In this document: in pieces, positions 19,013-28,591 of the stretch | How the letters are laid out: each line of letters opens with the position of its first letter | Numbering within the stretch: the first letter of the stretch is position 1 | Origin: Thermotogota bacterium | GTDB taxonomy: Bacteria > Hydrothermota > Hydrothermia > LBFQ01 | Assembly (NCBI GenBank): GCA_013153965.1 | Contig: JAADDJ010000052.1 | Coordinates: 5,944-69,943 of the forward strand | Length of the DNA: 64,000 bases | Direction of reading: 5' to 3' | Program-made: the position numbers and the translations under genes | Notes under the pieces: generated by a model | Told to the model about the DNA's origin: nothing | The model's database searches: none | What the model saw: the letters and a program-made list of their open reading frames with translations, nothing else

Positions 19013-20380
19013 TCAGGTGGCCTCGGAACTTTCCTCCAAACTATATCCCGCCTCCTTCCAAGCGGCTATGCCCCCCTCAAGGCTGTAGGCCCGCAGTCCC
19101 CACCGGCGCATGGCCACGGCCACGGGATAGCTCTCTCGGCCGGCGTAGCAGTAAGCTACGAAGATGGTTCCCCTACCGTACTTCCGCCGCAGCTTCCGGA
19201 CTATCTTGCGCTGCCTGCTCTCAAACTCGGCGATGGGGATGTTTATGGATCCGGGTATCCTCTCCTTCTCGTAGGCGCTCTCGGGCCTCACATCTATGAG
19301 GACCACCCGCCTACCCTCGTCCATCATGGCCTTGACCTCCCGGGGGGAGACCTCCAGTCTCTGCCCTCCCCTCTCCTTGAGCATGGCCACACGACGGCAT
19401 CGCGAGCATATCCCATCCGGCGACGATGTGGGCAGACCGCAAACCTTGCAGGGCCTCACCTCAACCGCGGCCTCCTCTTCCCCCTCCAGAGCCTTCACCC
19501 TCTCGTACATGGGTACGAGCCTCTTGATGAACACCGAAAGGAGCTGGAACTTCACGTTCGGATTGTCCCTCTCCATCTCGTCCAACATCCGCTTATACCT
19601 GCTGACGGAGGCTCCGAAGGAGTGGGGGCAACTGCACTCTTGGACGGGGAGATCGTTCAGGACCACGTAATAAAGGTCCTCAATCTCGGGGGTGTTGAAG
19701 AGGGGTTTTATCTTCTTCGGCTGGCCGGGCAGGAGAGGCTTGAGGACGGGCTTGAGACGGGCGATGGACTCAAAATCTCCGGCGAAGAATGCCGAGAGCA
19801 TGGTCCCGACGGTGTCGTCAAGGTTGTGGCCGGTAGCCATAACCGTCGCCCCCACCTCCTTGGCCATCTGGGTGAAGACGGCCCTCTTGACTATGCCGCA
19901 GACCGAGCACATCTTGCTCCGGAACTTGGTCGTAAGGAAGTCGTCTATGACGTACCCCTCCCTCTCCTTCAGGTCGTATATGTGGAGAGGAACCTTCAGC
20001 CTGTCGGTCAGAGCCTCAACCTTCTCGCGGAGGTGCTCGGAGTAGTGGTGTATGCCGAGGTCTATGTAGAATGCGACTATATCCTGCTCGGGGAAGGCCC
20101 GCTTCAGAGCGTCAAGGAGGGCCACGCTGTCCTTGCCCCCGGATAGGGCGACGGCCACCCGGTCGTCGGGACCGAACATCCTGTACCTCTCAACCGTGCG
20201 CTTCACCCTACGCACGAAGAAGTCCGTAAAGCACCTGCGGCAGAGTTTCTTCCGGGCGTATCGCAGTTCAACGACGGCCTCCTCCTCCCCACACTCGCTG
20301 CACTTCACACCCAAACCCTTAATCTCCACCGTCATGGCGGGAAGTCCGCACTTTGAGTATCTAACCATCGGTGCCGGCAA
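19013..20380 (-). CDS. ttcA: PP-loop ATPase (TtcA/tRNA 2-thiocytidine synthase-like) with zinc-ribbon N-terminus and C-terminal rhodanese domain
   Basis: SGGKDSVALL PP-loop, CxxC pairs, C-terminal rhodanese (CYAGRESYP). Track start is TTG 20380; ATG at 20368 (TACAAT then 11 nt) is the likely start. Confidence 0.65.
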   Translation of the reverse strand: MPAPMVRYSKCGLPAMTVEIKGLGVKCSECGEEEAVVELRYARKKLCRRCFTDFFVRRVKRTVERYRMFGPDDRVAVALSGGKDSVALLDALKRAFPEQDIVAFYIDLGIHHYSEHLREKVEALTDRLKVPLHIYDLKEREGYVIDDFLTTKFRSKMCSVCGIVKRAVFTQMAKEVGATVMATGHNLDDTVGTMLSAFFAGDFESIARLKPVLKPLLPGQPKKIKPLFNTPEIEDLYYVVLNDLPVQECSCPHSFGASVSRYKRMLDEMERDNPNVKFQLLSVFIKRLVPMYERVKALEGEEEAAVEVRPCKVCGLPTSSPDGICSRCRRVAMLKERGGQRLEVSPREVKAMMDEGRRVVLIDVRPESAYEKERIPGSINIPIAEFESRQRKIVRKLRRKYGRGTIFVAYCYAGRESYPVAVAMRRWGLRAYSLEGGIAAWKEAGYSLEESSEAT

Positions 20381-20436
20381 TTGTAATTCCGAAATGAGCG
20401 CAGGTTCAAACTTATCCCTCTTAAAATCGTGTCCCG

Positions 20437-22419
20437 ATGCTTATCCTGATATCTGGAACCGTAGGGAATTTGGAGATGTTTCCCCCTTTGAGGGACAGGT
20501 ACCATCGTCTCTTCATCTCCCGCAAGTACGATGAGCTACGCCGCAAGTACTCCAAGAGAAAGGACCCCCGCAGCCTCTACCAGATGGGATGGGTGTATTA
20601 TGAGTTGGGTAAGTACGACTCGGCCGGCTCTTCCTTCTTCGCCGCGGCCCAAAAGCTGGAGTACGGGGACACTTTCCGGCTCAAGGCCCTCCTGAATGCC
20701 GCCCTCTCCTACGGCAGGGCCTACGAGTTTGATAGGGCCATATCTCTCCTGCGCACCTACCTTTCCGAGACCGGGCCGGACTATCCCGAATGGTTCCCAA
20801 TGAAGTCGGATATAGAGCGTAGGATAGAGGACTACAGGGAGCTGAAGGAGGTGTATAAGCGCCGCTTCAAGAATGTGAAGATTGAGCAGATAGAGGAGCT
20901 CGTCCTGCCCATAAAGTCCTACTACATCCTACGGGACGGGACCGGAGGGGACTACTCCCCCGTGGTCAGCGCCGACGGAAGCGTGATGCTCTTCGTATCC
21001 ACCCGCTACGGCGGGAAGGGGCGTGAGGACATATGGCTAACCTATCGCCGCGGAGGGCGCTGGAGCAAGCCGATAAACCTGAAGAATCTCAACTCCAAAT
21101 CCTCCGAGGGGGCGAGCGGGATAACCGCCGACAATCGCACCATCCTCCTGACCTACCCTTCGGCACCCCATCCGAGCGTAGCCATGAGGAACGGAGGCAT
21201 AAGGGAGGGGGAGGGCAACATGGACATATTCACATCAAAGAGGATAGGGAGCGGGTGGGCCTCGTGGGGGGATCCCAAGAATATGGGCGCCCCTCCCAAC
21301 AGCCGATTCTGGGACGGACAGGCCACGATAACGGCCGACGGCAAGTACCTCTTCTTCTCATCCACACGACCGGGCGGATACGGCGGTATGGACATATGGA
21401 TGAGCATCAGGCAGGATGATGGCACGTGGTCCGAGCCCATAAATTTGGGTCCCAACATAAACACCCCCGGCAACGAGCTCTCCCCCTTCATCCATCCCGA
21501 CGGCAAGACCCTGTACTTCGCATCAAACGGTTGGCCCAGCTTCGGAGGCTACGACGTCTTCGTCGCCAAACGGATAACCGAGAGGAGATTCTCCCGGGCC
21601 CGAAATCTGGGCCTTCCCTACAACACCCACGAGGACGACATATTCCTCTCCATACCGGCGGCCGCCGACTGGATATACGTCTCCCGCGTGGATTCCATAG
21701 ACCAGAGGAGCGGAGTTCGCATATACCACCTCTATAGGGCGAAGATACCCGAGAGGAGGAGTCTGACGGCCGCCCAGAGGAAGGTAATCCCCGAGCCCGT
21801 CAATCTCGTCAAGGGCTTCGTATTTGATGCGGAGACCAAGCGACCCCTCAAGGCCTTCGTCACGATAGAGGACCTGACGACGGGTAAGGTCTGGTTCAAA
21901 GCCATCACCGACGACAGCGGACGTTTCACGGTCGTCCTACCCTCCGGGAAACGCTACGGCATAAGCGCCCAACCCATAGACTCCCTGCGCTACGCCTTCC
22001 AGTCCATGCACTTTGACCTTAAGGGTTTGAAGGAGTACGAGGAGAAGCGGGTGGATGTACCCATAACCCCCATAAAGAAGGGAGAATCCTTCGTCCTGCG
22101 CAACATCTTCTTTGACTTTGACTCGGCCGAGCTGAAACCCGAATCAAAGCTGGAGCTGGAGCGTCTCGTAAAGCTCCTCAAGCGGAATCCCCAGCTGAAG
22201 ATAGTCATAGAGGGACACACCGACATCGTGGGAAGCGAGGAGTATAACCAGAAGCTCTCCGAGAGGCGGGCCGAGGCCGTGGCCCGGTACCTCATAAGCC
22301 GGGGCATAGACCCCAAGCGGATAAAGACCGTGGGCTACGGCTCCAAGAGGCCCATAGCTTCCAACGACACCCCCGAGGGACGGGCCAAGAACCGCCGGGT
22401 TGAGATAAGGTTTGAGTGA
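20437..22419 (+). CDS. OmpA-family outer-membrane protein with TPR, TolB-like PD40 beta-propeller, carboxypeptidase-regulatory-like and C-terminal OmpA domains
   Basis: 660 aa; PD40-type repeats, C-terminal OmpA motif (NQKLSERRAEAVARYL...RRVEIRF). TAAAAT then 9 nt then ATG. Confidence 0.75.
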   Translation: MLILISGTVGNLEMFPPLRDRYHRLFISRKYDELRRKYSKRKDPRSLYQMGWVYYELGKYDSAGSSFFAAAQKLEYGDTFRLKALLNAALSYGRAYEFDRAISLLRTYLSETGPDYPEWFPMKSDIERRIEDYRELKEVYKRRFKNVKIEQIEELVLPIKSYYILRDGTGGDYSPVVSADGSVMLFVSTRYGGKGREDIWLTYRRGGRWSKPINLKNLNSKSSEGASGITADNRTILLTYPSAPHPSVAMRNGGIREGEGNMDIFTSKRIGSGWASWGDPKNMGAPPNSRFWDGQATITADGKYLFFSSTRPGGYGGMDIWMSIRQDDGTWSEPINLGPNINTPGNELSPFIHPDGKTLYFASNGWPSFGGYDVFVAKRITERRFSRARNLGLPYNTHEDDIFLSIPAAADWIYVSRVDSIDQRSGVRIYHLYRAKIPERRSLTAAQRKVIPEPVNLVKGFVFDAETKRPLKAFVTIEDLTTGKVWFKAITDDSGRFTVVLPSGKRYGISAQPIDSLRYAFQSMHFDLKGLKEYEEKRVDVPITPIKKGESFVLRNIFFDFDSAELKPESKLELERLVKLLKRNPQLKIVIEGHTDIVGSEEYNQKLSERRAEAVARYLISRGIDPKRIKTVGYGSKRPIASNDTPEGRAKNRRVEIRFE

Positions 22420-23850
22420 TCAGCGCACCACCACGAGCCGGCTTTTACCTCCGCCGACCAGCATATAGACGCCCGGTCTGCGGGGGACTTCCCTCCCCAA
22501 GTAGCGGCCGTCGGCCGAATACACCTTCATCTCCCCATCCCAAGCGTCCGCCGGCCTGACCTCCGAAACACCCAACTCCTCGTCGGCCGGGAGGATGCCG
22601 CATCCCACCGTGTTATCCACGTCGTCAAATAGGGCATCCCTAAGGCTCGGACATCCGTCGCACTCCAACATCAGCTCTACGCAGCCGTCGGAGTCGGCGT
22701 CCCCGAGGGCGAAGCCGTCCCCGTAGTCGTCTATCCGGTGGAGCGTATCGCCGGACGAGGAGACTATGTAGGTGATGTTGTTCGTGCGGGCGTTCGGCTC
22801 AACGACGACCACTATCTCCATTCCGCCGCCGGGAAGCAGGTCTGCCAGACCTATGGGTCCCCAGGGGAATATCTGATAGGGAAGGGTTATCTTCCACTCC
22901 TCCGTTCCGCTCGTGGCATCCACCGCGGCCAATCCTCCGCATGTGTCGCCCACGATCACCTCCTTGGTGCCGTCAAAATCCACGTCTCCGACGCCCAAGG
23001 CGGTACTTATCGCGCACCCCATGTTGTACGCCCATATCTCGTCGCCGTTGCTTCCATCAAAGGCGTAGAGGTATCCGTTATTGACGCCCATAAGGACGTC
23101 CATGGCGGGATCCCCCGATATGGACAGTAGGGCCGGGGCCCCGTAGATGGTACCCACCAGCTTCTGCCAGAGGAGGTTGCACTGGCCGTCTATGGCATAC
23201 ACGTAGGCACCCCCACCGAAGACTATCTTGTCGTTATCGGTCGCCGGGGTGTTCCTTATGGCGCCGGCCGCCGTGTAGGAGCATTCCAGAGTGCCGTCCG
23301 TAGCGTTGAATACGCTCAAATTCCCTCCGTTGTCGCCGATCACGACCTCGTAATCGCCGTCGTCATCCACGTCGGCCACGACGGGGGAGGCGGTGATGTA
23401 GCTGGGTATGGATGCCCGCCACAGGAGCCTGCCGTCCGAGCCCTTTATGGCCACGACCTCCGGCGCTCCCGAAGAGCTGTCGTCCGCGAACACCTCCAGG
23501 GTATCGTCCCCATCCACATCCACGGCAGCCAACGAGGCCATCCATCCGGTCCTTAGGCGGGTGAAGGCCCACTTCTGGGTACCATCAATCCCGCTGAAGG
23601 CCTTCACGTACCCCTTGTAGGGAGCCAGAACCTCATTCTGACCGTCGTTATCCACATCGGCTATAAGATACTGCGCGTAGTTCTCGTTGGTTGATATGCT
23701 CGCGGAGGGAGTCTCCCACTTTATCGTCCAACCGGACGAATAGTCGCCCCGCAGCCGCTGGAGCCCCGAGTTGGTGAGTGAGCCGTTGAACTTCTCCCAC
23801 GTGGAAAAGGCAAAACTGAAACCCGCCTGAGAGAGAATCACACATAGCAT
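22420..23850 (-). CDS. Secreted FG-GAP/beta-propeller repeat protein with T9SS-type C-terminal sorting domain
   Basis: 476 aa; repeated DxDxDG/FG-GAP-like segments. C-terminus KVYSADGRYLGRE...GVYMLVGGGKSRLVVVR resembles Por_Secre_tail. Signal peptide present. Confidence 0.55.
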   Translation of the reverse strand: MLCVILSQAGFSFAFSTWEKFNGSLTNSGLQRLRGDYSSGWTIKWETPSASISTNENYAQYLIADVDNDGQNEVLAPYKGYVKAFSGIDGTQKWAFTRLRTGWMASLAAVDVDGDDTLEVFADDSSSGAPEVVAIKGSDGRLLWRASIPSYITASPVVADVDDDGDYEVVIGDNGGNLSVFNATDGTLECSYTAAGAIRNTPATDNDKIVFGGGAYVYAIDGQCNLLWQKLVGTIYGAPALLSISGDPAMDVLMGVNNGYLYAFDGSNGDEIWAYNMGCAISTALGVGDVDFDGTKEVIVGDTCGGLAAVDATSGTEEWKITLPYQIFPWGPIGLADLLPGGGMEIVVVVEPNARTNNITYIVSSSGDTLHRIDDYGDGFALGDADSDGCVELMLECDGCPSLRDALFDDVDNTVGCGILPADEELGVSEVRPADAWDGEMKVYSADGRYLGREVPRRPGVYMLVGGGKSRLVVVR

Positions 23851-23961
23851 AACTCACAAATATAAGGTTGTGAGGTGTATCGCACATATTAATCGGCGAA
23901 AGCATAGAAATCGCAAAGTAAATTAATGAACTTAACACGGCTGGCGAGGGGCGTACGACTG
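23851..23961 (-). promoter_or_regulatory. AT-rich (~38% GC) intergenic region upstream of the T9SS-substrate gene; contains TTATATTTG 7 nt before ATG
   Basis: Minus strand reads ...CACAACCTTATATTTGTGAGTT-ATG. Matches the TAnnTTTG -7 motif of Bacteroidota-type promoters. GC far below the window average. Confidence 0.4.
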
Positions 23962-25137
23962 CTAAACCAAACGGACTTTCACCACGTGAAGGCACTTGAG
24001 GTAGAGACTCTCGGGAAATTGGGGCAGGAAGGGGTGGTCCTCCGGCTGAATGTTCAACGCCCTCACATGGACGGGAGTTCGGCGCGCTATCGCCGCCGCC
24101 CTGACGGAGCGCACCATCTCATCCAAACCGGCCTGATAGGAGCAGGTGCATATGTAGAGATGGCCGGGGACCTTCAAGTGCGGCAGGGCGTTATAAGTCA
24201 GCTTCCAGACGGCCCCGAGCAACTTCCTCCTCTCGTGCTTCCTCTTGGATATGGCCGGAGGATCCGCCACTATCAGGTCGTAGGTGCCGCCGTCCTCCTC
24301 CAAGAATTTGAAGGCGTCATAGACGAGGGTGTCTATCCTCACGCCGTTGAGGGCGGCGTTCTCCCGGGCGAGCGTTAAAACCTCCTCCTTCGTATCCACC
24401 GCGAGGACCTTCGCTCCCCTGAGGGCGGCATAGACGGAGAAGCCCCCCGTATAGCTGAACAGGTCCAAGACCTCGTATCCCTCCTCAACTATGCCCGCAA
24501 CGTACTCCCTGCTCCGCCTCTGGTCCAGATAGAAGCCCGTCTTCAGGCCCCTCCTGACATCAACGTAGAATCGGACCCCATTTTCGGTGATGATGAGACG
24601 CTCGGGCACCTCCCCCCTCACGGGCCCCTTGAACGGCTCCAACCCCTCATCCCTCCTACCCTCCATATCGCTCCTCTCGTATATGAAGGAGGGCTTGAGG
24701 GTGCTGTCTATGGCGTCTATGACGGTGTCCTTTATCTCCTCCATCCCCCTTGAGCGCACCTGCATGACCACCCCGTCGTTATACCTGTCTATGACCAACC
24801 CTCCCAGAAAATCCGACTCGGAGAAGACCACCCGAAAGGCGGAGGAGTTTATACCTCTGCGAAGTCCGAGAGCCTCGGATATCCGGGCCGATACGAAACG
24901 GACATCAATATCGTCCCGGCCGAAGCTCAGGAATCTCCAAACTATCCTCGCGCCCCTTGAGTACAGGCCGCGGGCTACGAACTTGCCCTCGTGGGAGTGG
25001 AGATCCGCGACGGGACCCGCCGGCTCTATCTTCCGGACCTCATCCCTATACACCCACGGGTACAGGTTCAGAATCTTCCTCTCCTTTCCCCTCTTGAGAT
25101 GCAGAAGACTCTCCATCAGATATTCCTCACGATCCAC
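23962..25137 (-). CDS. rlmI: 23S rRNA (cytosine-C5)-methyltransferase RlmI-like (PUA then class I SAM MTase)
   Basis: 391 aa; SAM motif LDLFSYTGGFSVYAA, DPPA motif (IVADPPA). Confidence 0.75.
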   Translation of the reverse strand: MDREEYLMESLLHLKRGKERKILNLYPWVYRDEVRKIEPAGPVADLHSHEGKFVARGLYSRGARIVWRFLSFGRDDIDVRFVSARISEALGLRRGINSSAFRVVFSESDFLGGLVIDRYNDGVVMQVRSRGMEEIKDTVIDAIDSTLKPSFIYERSDMEGRRDEGLEPFKGPVRGEVPERLIITENGVRFYVDVRRGLKTGFYLDQRRSREYVAGIVEEGYEVLDLFSYTGGFSVYAALRGAKVLAVDTKEEVLTLARENAALNGVRIDTLVYDAFKFLEEDGGTYDLIVADPPAISKRKHERRKLLGAVWKLTYNALPHLKVPGHLYICTCSYQAGLDEMVRSVRAAAIARRTPVHVRALNIQPEDHPFLPQFPESLYLKCLHVVKVRLV

Positions 25138-25694
25138 CTCAGGAGGGCGTCTATGGCTCTCCTGCGGTGGCTTATCCGGTTCTTCTCCTCGGGGGACATC
25201 TCGGCCAACGTCCTGCTGTGGCCCTCCGGGACGAAGATGGGGTCGTACCCGAAGCCTCCGCTCCCCCTCTCCTCGGTGGTTATCCGTCCGGGCAGGACCC
25301 CCCGCAGGAATCTTACCTCCCTACCGTCGTATATGGCCAGCACCGTCCTGAACTCGGCGTACCTGTCCCTCTCCCCCCGCATCAGGTATAGCAGTTTCTC
25401 CCGATTCTCCCTGTCCCCACCTCCCGAGAAGCGGGCGGAATAGACGCCCGGAGCCCAGTGGAGAGCCCTGACGAAGAGGCCCGTATCCTCACCTATACCC
25501 GGCAACCCGGTTCTTTCGTAGGCGTAGCGGGCCTTTATCTCCGCGTTCTCCTCCAAGGTGGCGCCGGTCTCCTCCGGACCCGGAAGACCAAAGTCAAGGA
25601 GGGATTTGACTGTGAAGCACGGCCCCAGCATGGCCTCAATCTCCGCCACCTTGTGGGGGTTGGTCGTCGCGAAGAGGAGCACCGGTCTCTTCAA
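25116..25694 (-). CDS. rdgB: Non-canonical purine NTP pyrophosphatase (RdgB/HAM1)
   Basis: LLFATTNPHKVAEIEAML, FGYDPIF motifs. Confidence 0.85.
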   Translation of the reverse strand: MKRPVLLFATTNPHKVAEIEAMLGPCFTVKSLLDFGLPGPEETGATLEENAEIKARYAYERTGLPGIGEDTGLFVRALHWAPGVYSARFSGGGDRENREKLLYLMRGERDRYAEFRTVLAIYDGREVRFLRGVLPGRITTEERGSGGFGYDPIFVPEGHSRTLAEMSPEEKNRISHRRRAIDALLRWIVRNI

Positions 25695-26305
25695 AGTCCT
25701 CTATTATACCGCGGGTCGGGGGGACGCCTGGCCACTATCAGCTTGAAGAGGCCGTCGCCGGTCAGATTCTCCACCTTCAGGACCTCGTAGCCCGCCGCGA
25801 CCACGGCCGCATGGACGTTGCGATTTATATGCTCCTCCATTAAAAGGACCGTCAGAGGATTCAGCAGGTCAAAGAGGGGACCCTTCCAATCCTCCGGCCG
25901 ACCGTGCTCTATCATATGGAGAAGACCTCCCGGTTTGAGGACCCGGCGCACCTCCCGAAGTGCCTTCGCCACATCTCCCACGGAGCAGAAGACGAGGGTG
26001 GATACCACATCGTCAAAGGTCGCATCCCCGAATGGCAGGGCCTCCACATCGCCGAGTACGGCCATCTCAAGCCCCCTCCCCCGGGCTCTCCTGAGCATCC
26101 TCACGCTCCTGTCTAAGCCTACGACGGCCCCTCCCTCCGGATAGAAGGGAAGATTCGCCCCCGTACCCACCCCTACCTCCAGCACCGCGCCACCCTTCAC
26201 CCCCTCCCACAGCTTCCTCCTCCAACGCTTGAGCGCGCCCCTCTCAAAGGGGAGCATGAAGTGGTCGTATATGGGGGCTATGTGATCAAACTTTATGAGG
26301 GTCAA
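25691..26305 (-). CDS. Class I SAM-dependent methyltransferase
   Basis: VLEVGVGTGANL motif I, 204 aa. Confidence 0.7.
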   Translation of the reverse strand: MTLIKFDHIAPIYDHFMLPFERGALKRWRRKLWEGVKGGAVLEVGVGTGANLPFYPEGGAVVGLDRSVRMLRRARGRGLEMAVLGDVEALPFGDATFDDVVSTLVFCSVGDVAKALREVRRVLKPGGLLHMIEHGRPEDWKGPLFDLLNPLTVLLMEEHINRNVHAAVVAAGYEVLKVENLTGDGLFKLIVARRPPDPRYNRGL

Positions 26306-27416
26306 GGTGCCTCACGTAAAAGCTCCAAGACACGACGGTGGCCAGCGAGAGCGCCGCCGCCCATGCGAAGGGGAGGGCGTAATGCACCTCGTAGAGAAAG
26401 CCGGCCACGGGAGGCCCGACTATCCTTCCCAAGGAGGTGGCCGACTGGTAGGTACCCATTATGGCTCCCCTACCCTCCGTTCCCCTTGACAGGAGACTGA
26501 GGACCGACGGTTGGGTGATGCCGGAGGCCATGACGAGGATCACCACCAGAGCCGATAGGATGAGGAAGTTCGGGGCGAGGGGGACCAGAAGGGAGACGGC
26601 AGCCGCCACGCCGAAGCCCAAGGCTATGGCCCTCCTCTCGGACAGATACCTCCCGATGCGCCCCATATTCCCCTGAACCGCGGCGCCGAACAATCCGGCC
26701 ACACCCATGAGGTATCCGACCTCCCGGGCGCCGAGACCGTACCTGTCCTTTATAAGCAGGGCGAGGATCGCCTCAAAATTGACCATTATGAGCATCCCCA
26801 CGAATCCCATCAGAACCAGAACCTTCTTCAGGAGCGGGAGCCTTCGGATGGAGAGCCTTCTCCCCCTTCCGGATGCCTTGAGATTCCGCACCGTGAGCAG
26901 GGCCACGACGAAAGCCAGCAGGCCTATGACGCCCGAGATGACGAAGGGAACGACCAGACCGAAGTTGGCGGCCAGACCGCCGATGAAGGGACCAAAGACC
27001 ATCCCGCTACCGAGGGCGGCCCCGTAGAAGCCGAAGTTCCGAACGACCTTATCGGGAGGGGAGGCGGCCCCTACGTACGCGCTGGAGGAGGGCAGCGCCG
27101 CCGACGAGAGGAGACCCCCGAGGAAACGCACCAGTATCAGATACCAGACGGCCGGGACGAGGGGGATGAGGAAGGAGGTTATGGCGAAGCCGAGGGTGCC
27201 CACGGCTATACCCCACTTGTAGCCGAACCTGTCGCCGAATTTCCCCCAGAGGGGCGCCGCGATGAATTGGGCCACCGGATAGGCGGAGAATATGAGACCT
27301 ATCTCAAAGGGGGTGGCTCCCAGATTGAGCGCCCAGAATGGCAGGATGGGGAAGAGGAGGGAGAAGCCCATCATCACTATGAAGACGACGAGTACGACCG
27401 CGAGGATGCCCGCCAT
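26286..27416 (-). CDS. MFS transporter (12 TM)
   Basis: 376 aa polytopic, MFS motif region GKFGDRFGYK. Confidence 0.8.
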   Translation of the reverse strand: MAGILAVVLVVFIVMMGFSLLFPILPFWALNLGATPFEIGLIFSAYPVAQFIAAPLWGKFGDRFGYKWGIAVGTLGFAITSFLIPLVPAVWYLILVRFLGGLLSSAALPSSSAYVGAASPPDKVVRNFGFYGAALGSGMVFGPFIGGLAANFGLVVPFVISGVIGLLAFVVALLTVRNLKASGRGRRLSIRRLPLLKKVLVLMGFVGMLIMVNFEAILALLIKDRYGLGAREVGYLMGVAGLFGAAVQGNMGRIGRYLSERRAIALGFGVAAAVSLLVPLAPNFLILSALVVILVMASGITQPSVLSLLSRGTEGRGAIMGTYQSATSLGRIVGPPVAGFLYEVHYALPFAWAAALSLATVVSWSFYVRHLDPHKV

Positions 27417-27785
27417 CTAATCCTCCCAGAATTTCCGAACGACCATCCCTCCCGATATGAGTCCTATGAGGAGGATGAGAGGGACGAACAGATACCTGCC
27501 CGTCAGCCGGAATACCCAGAAGGCCGCCGCCGTATATACCGACAGGTACATGGTGGCGTTCAGTATGGCCATGTAGAGCGACAGATTGACCCGCCCCTTG
27601 AGAGGTTGCAGGCGGGATGCGAAGTAGGAGTTTATCTTCTCAAGGGCGTAATCCGCCCCTATGAGCAGCAGGATGGGGACGATGACGTAGGAAGAGCACA
27701 CCTCCCCGAACTCCAACCCCCGCGCCATCCACGCGAACACGCCCCCGAACAGCAGATATACGGCACCGAATACCAGCAGATTCAA
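27417..27785 (-). CDS. Small membrane protein (4 TM)
   Basis: 122 aa hydrophobic; start adjacent (1 nt) to MFS stop. Confidence 0.45.
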   Translation of the reverse strand: MNLLVFGAVYLLFGGVFAWMARGLEFGEVCSSYVIVPILLLIGADYALEKINSYFASRLQPLKGRVNLSLYMAILNATMYLSVYTAAAFWVFRLTGRYLFVPLILLIGLISGGMVVRKFWED

Positions 27786-27789
27786 CGGC

Positions 27790-28143
27790 TCAATCCAACC
27801 ATATCAGTATGATGCCGCAGTTGGGGCAGGTCTCTATCCTATCCTCCGTCTTCATCATGGACGAGGGCAGGGCGACGAAGCAGTTGGTGCACATATCATC
27901 AACGACGCGGGTGATCCCACGGCCGTAGCGTTTCTTCAACTTCTCGTACATCTCGTAGGTTATGGGGTCCGCCTTCTGCAGCTCCCGAGCCAGCTCGTCC
28001 CTCCTCTGCTTTATGAGCTCTATACGCTCCTCGTTGATCTCAAGGCCGGTCTTGGCCGTGTATTCCGGATCCTCCACCTGCTGTAGGAGGAGGTCAAGGT
28101 CCTGCAGGAGGTACAGCTTGTGAAGATATTCCCTACTGCTCAT
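27790..28143 (-). CDS. Coiled-coil plus C4 zinc-ribbon protein
   Basis: CTNCFV...CPNCG zinc ribbon at C-terminus after coiled-coil. Confidence 0.5.
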   Translation of the reverse strand: MSSREYLHKLYLLQDLDLLLQQVEDPEYTAKTGLEINEERIELIKQRRDELARELQKADPITYEMYEKLKKRYGRGITRVVDDMCTNCFVALPSSMMKTEDRIETCPNCGIILIWLD

Positions 28144-28591
28144 CGGCGTGTTCCAGAATGTAGTCTATCAGCTCCTTCGGCGAGGAGAAGTCCGTGCGAA
28201 TCTCACCCTCATGGGCTATGGAGCGGGATATTCGGGCTATGGAGCCGAGGGCCGTCAGGTACTTCATGGAGGGGTCGTTGGGGGTGGCTATCAGCATGAA
28301 GAACAGATGCACGGGCTTGCCGTCAAGGGAGTCAAACTCCACTCCCTCCTTGGAGACACCCACGACCAGGGTTATGTTATCAACGACGATGGAGCGGGAG
28401 TGGGGGATGGCGATGCCCTTACCTATACCCGTGGACCCGAGGACCTCCCTCTGCATCAGCGCCTTGAAGAGTATCTCCTTCTTATCCTCGGACAGGTTCA
28501 GGACATCTACCAGCTCGCGGAGGGCCTCCTCCTTCGTCTTGGCCTTCATGTCCAGAACTACCCTATCTTCCCTTAAAAGATCCTTTATCAT
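28133..28591 (-). CDS. ptsN: PTS EIIA-Ntr (nitrogen regulatory IIA protein)
   Basis: 152 aa; PTS_EIIA_2 fold, active-site region GIAIPHSRS. Confidence 0.75.
   Translation of the reverse strand: MIKDLLREDRVVLDMKAKTKEEALRELVDVLNLSEDKKEILFKALMQREVLGSTGIGKGIAIPHSRSIVVDNITLVVGVSKEGVEFDSLDGKPVHLFFMLIATPNDPSMKYLTALGSIARISRSIAHEGEIRTDFSSPKELIDYILEHADEQ

Noticed and set aside
23851-23961. TGTGC-N8-TCACA dyad as a CRP/FNR site
   Set aside because: Spacer is 8 nt rather than the 6 nt of the CRP/FNR consensus; left as an unassigned imperfect dyad.
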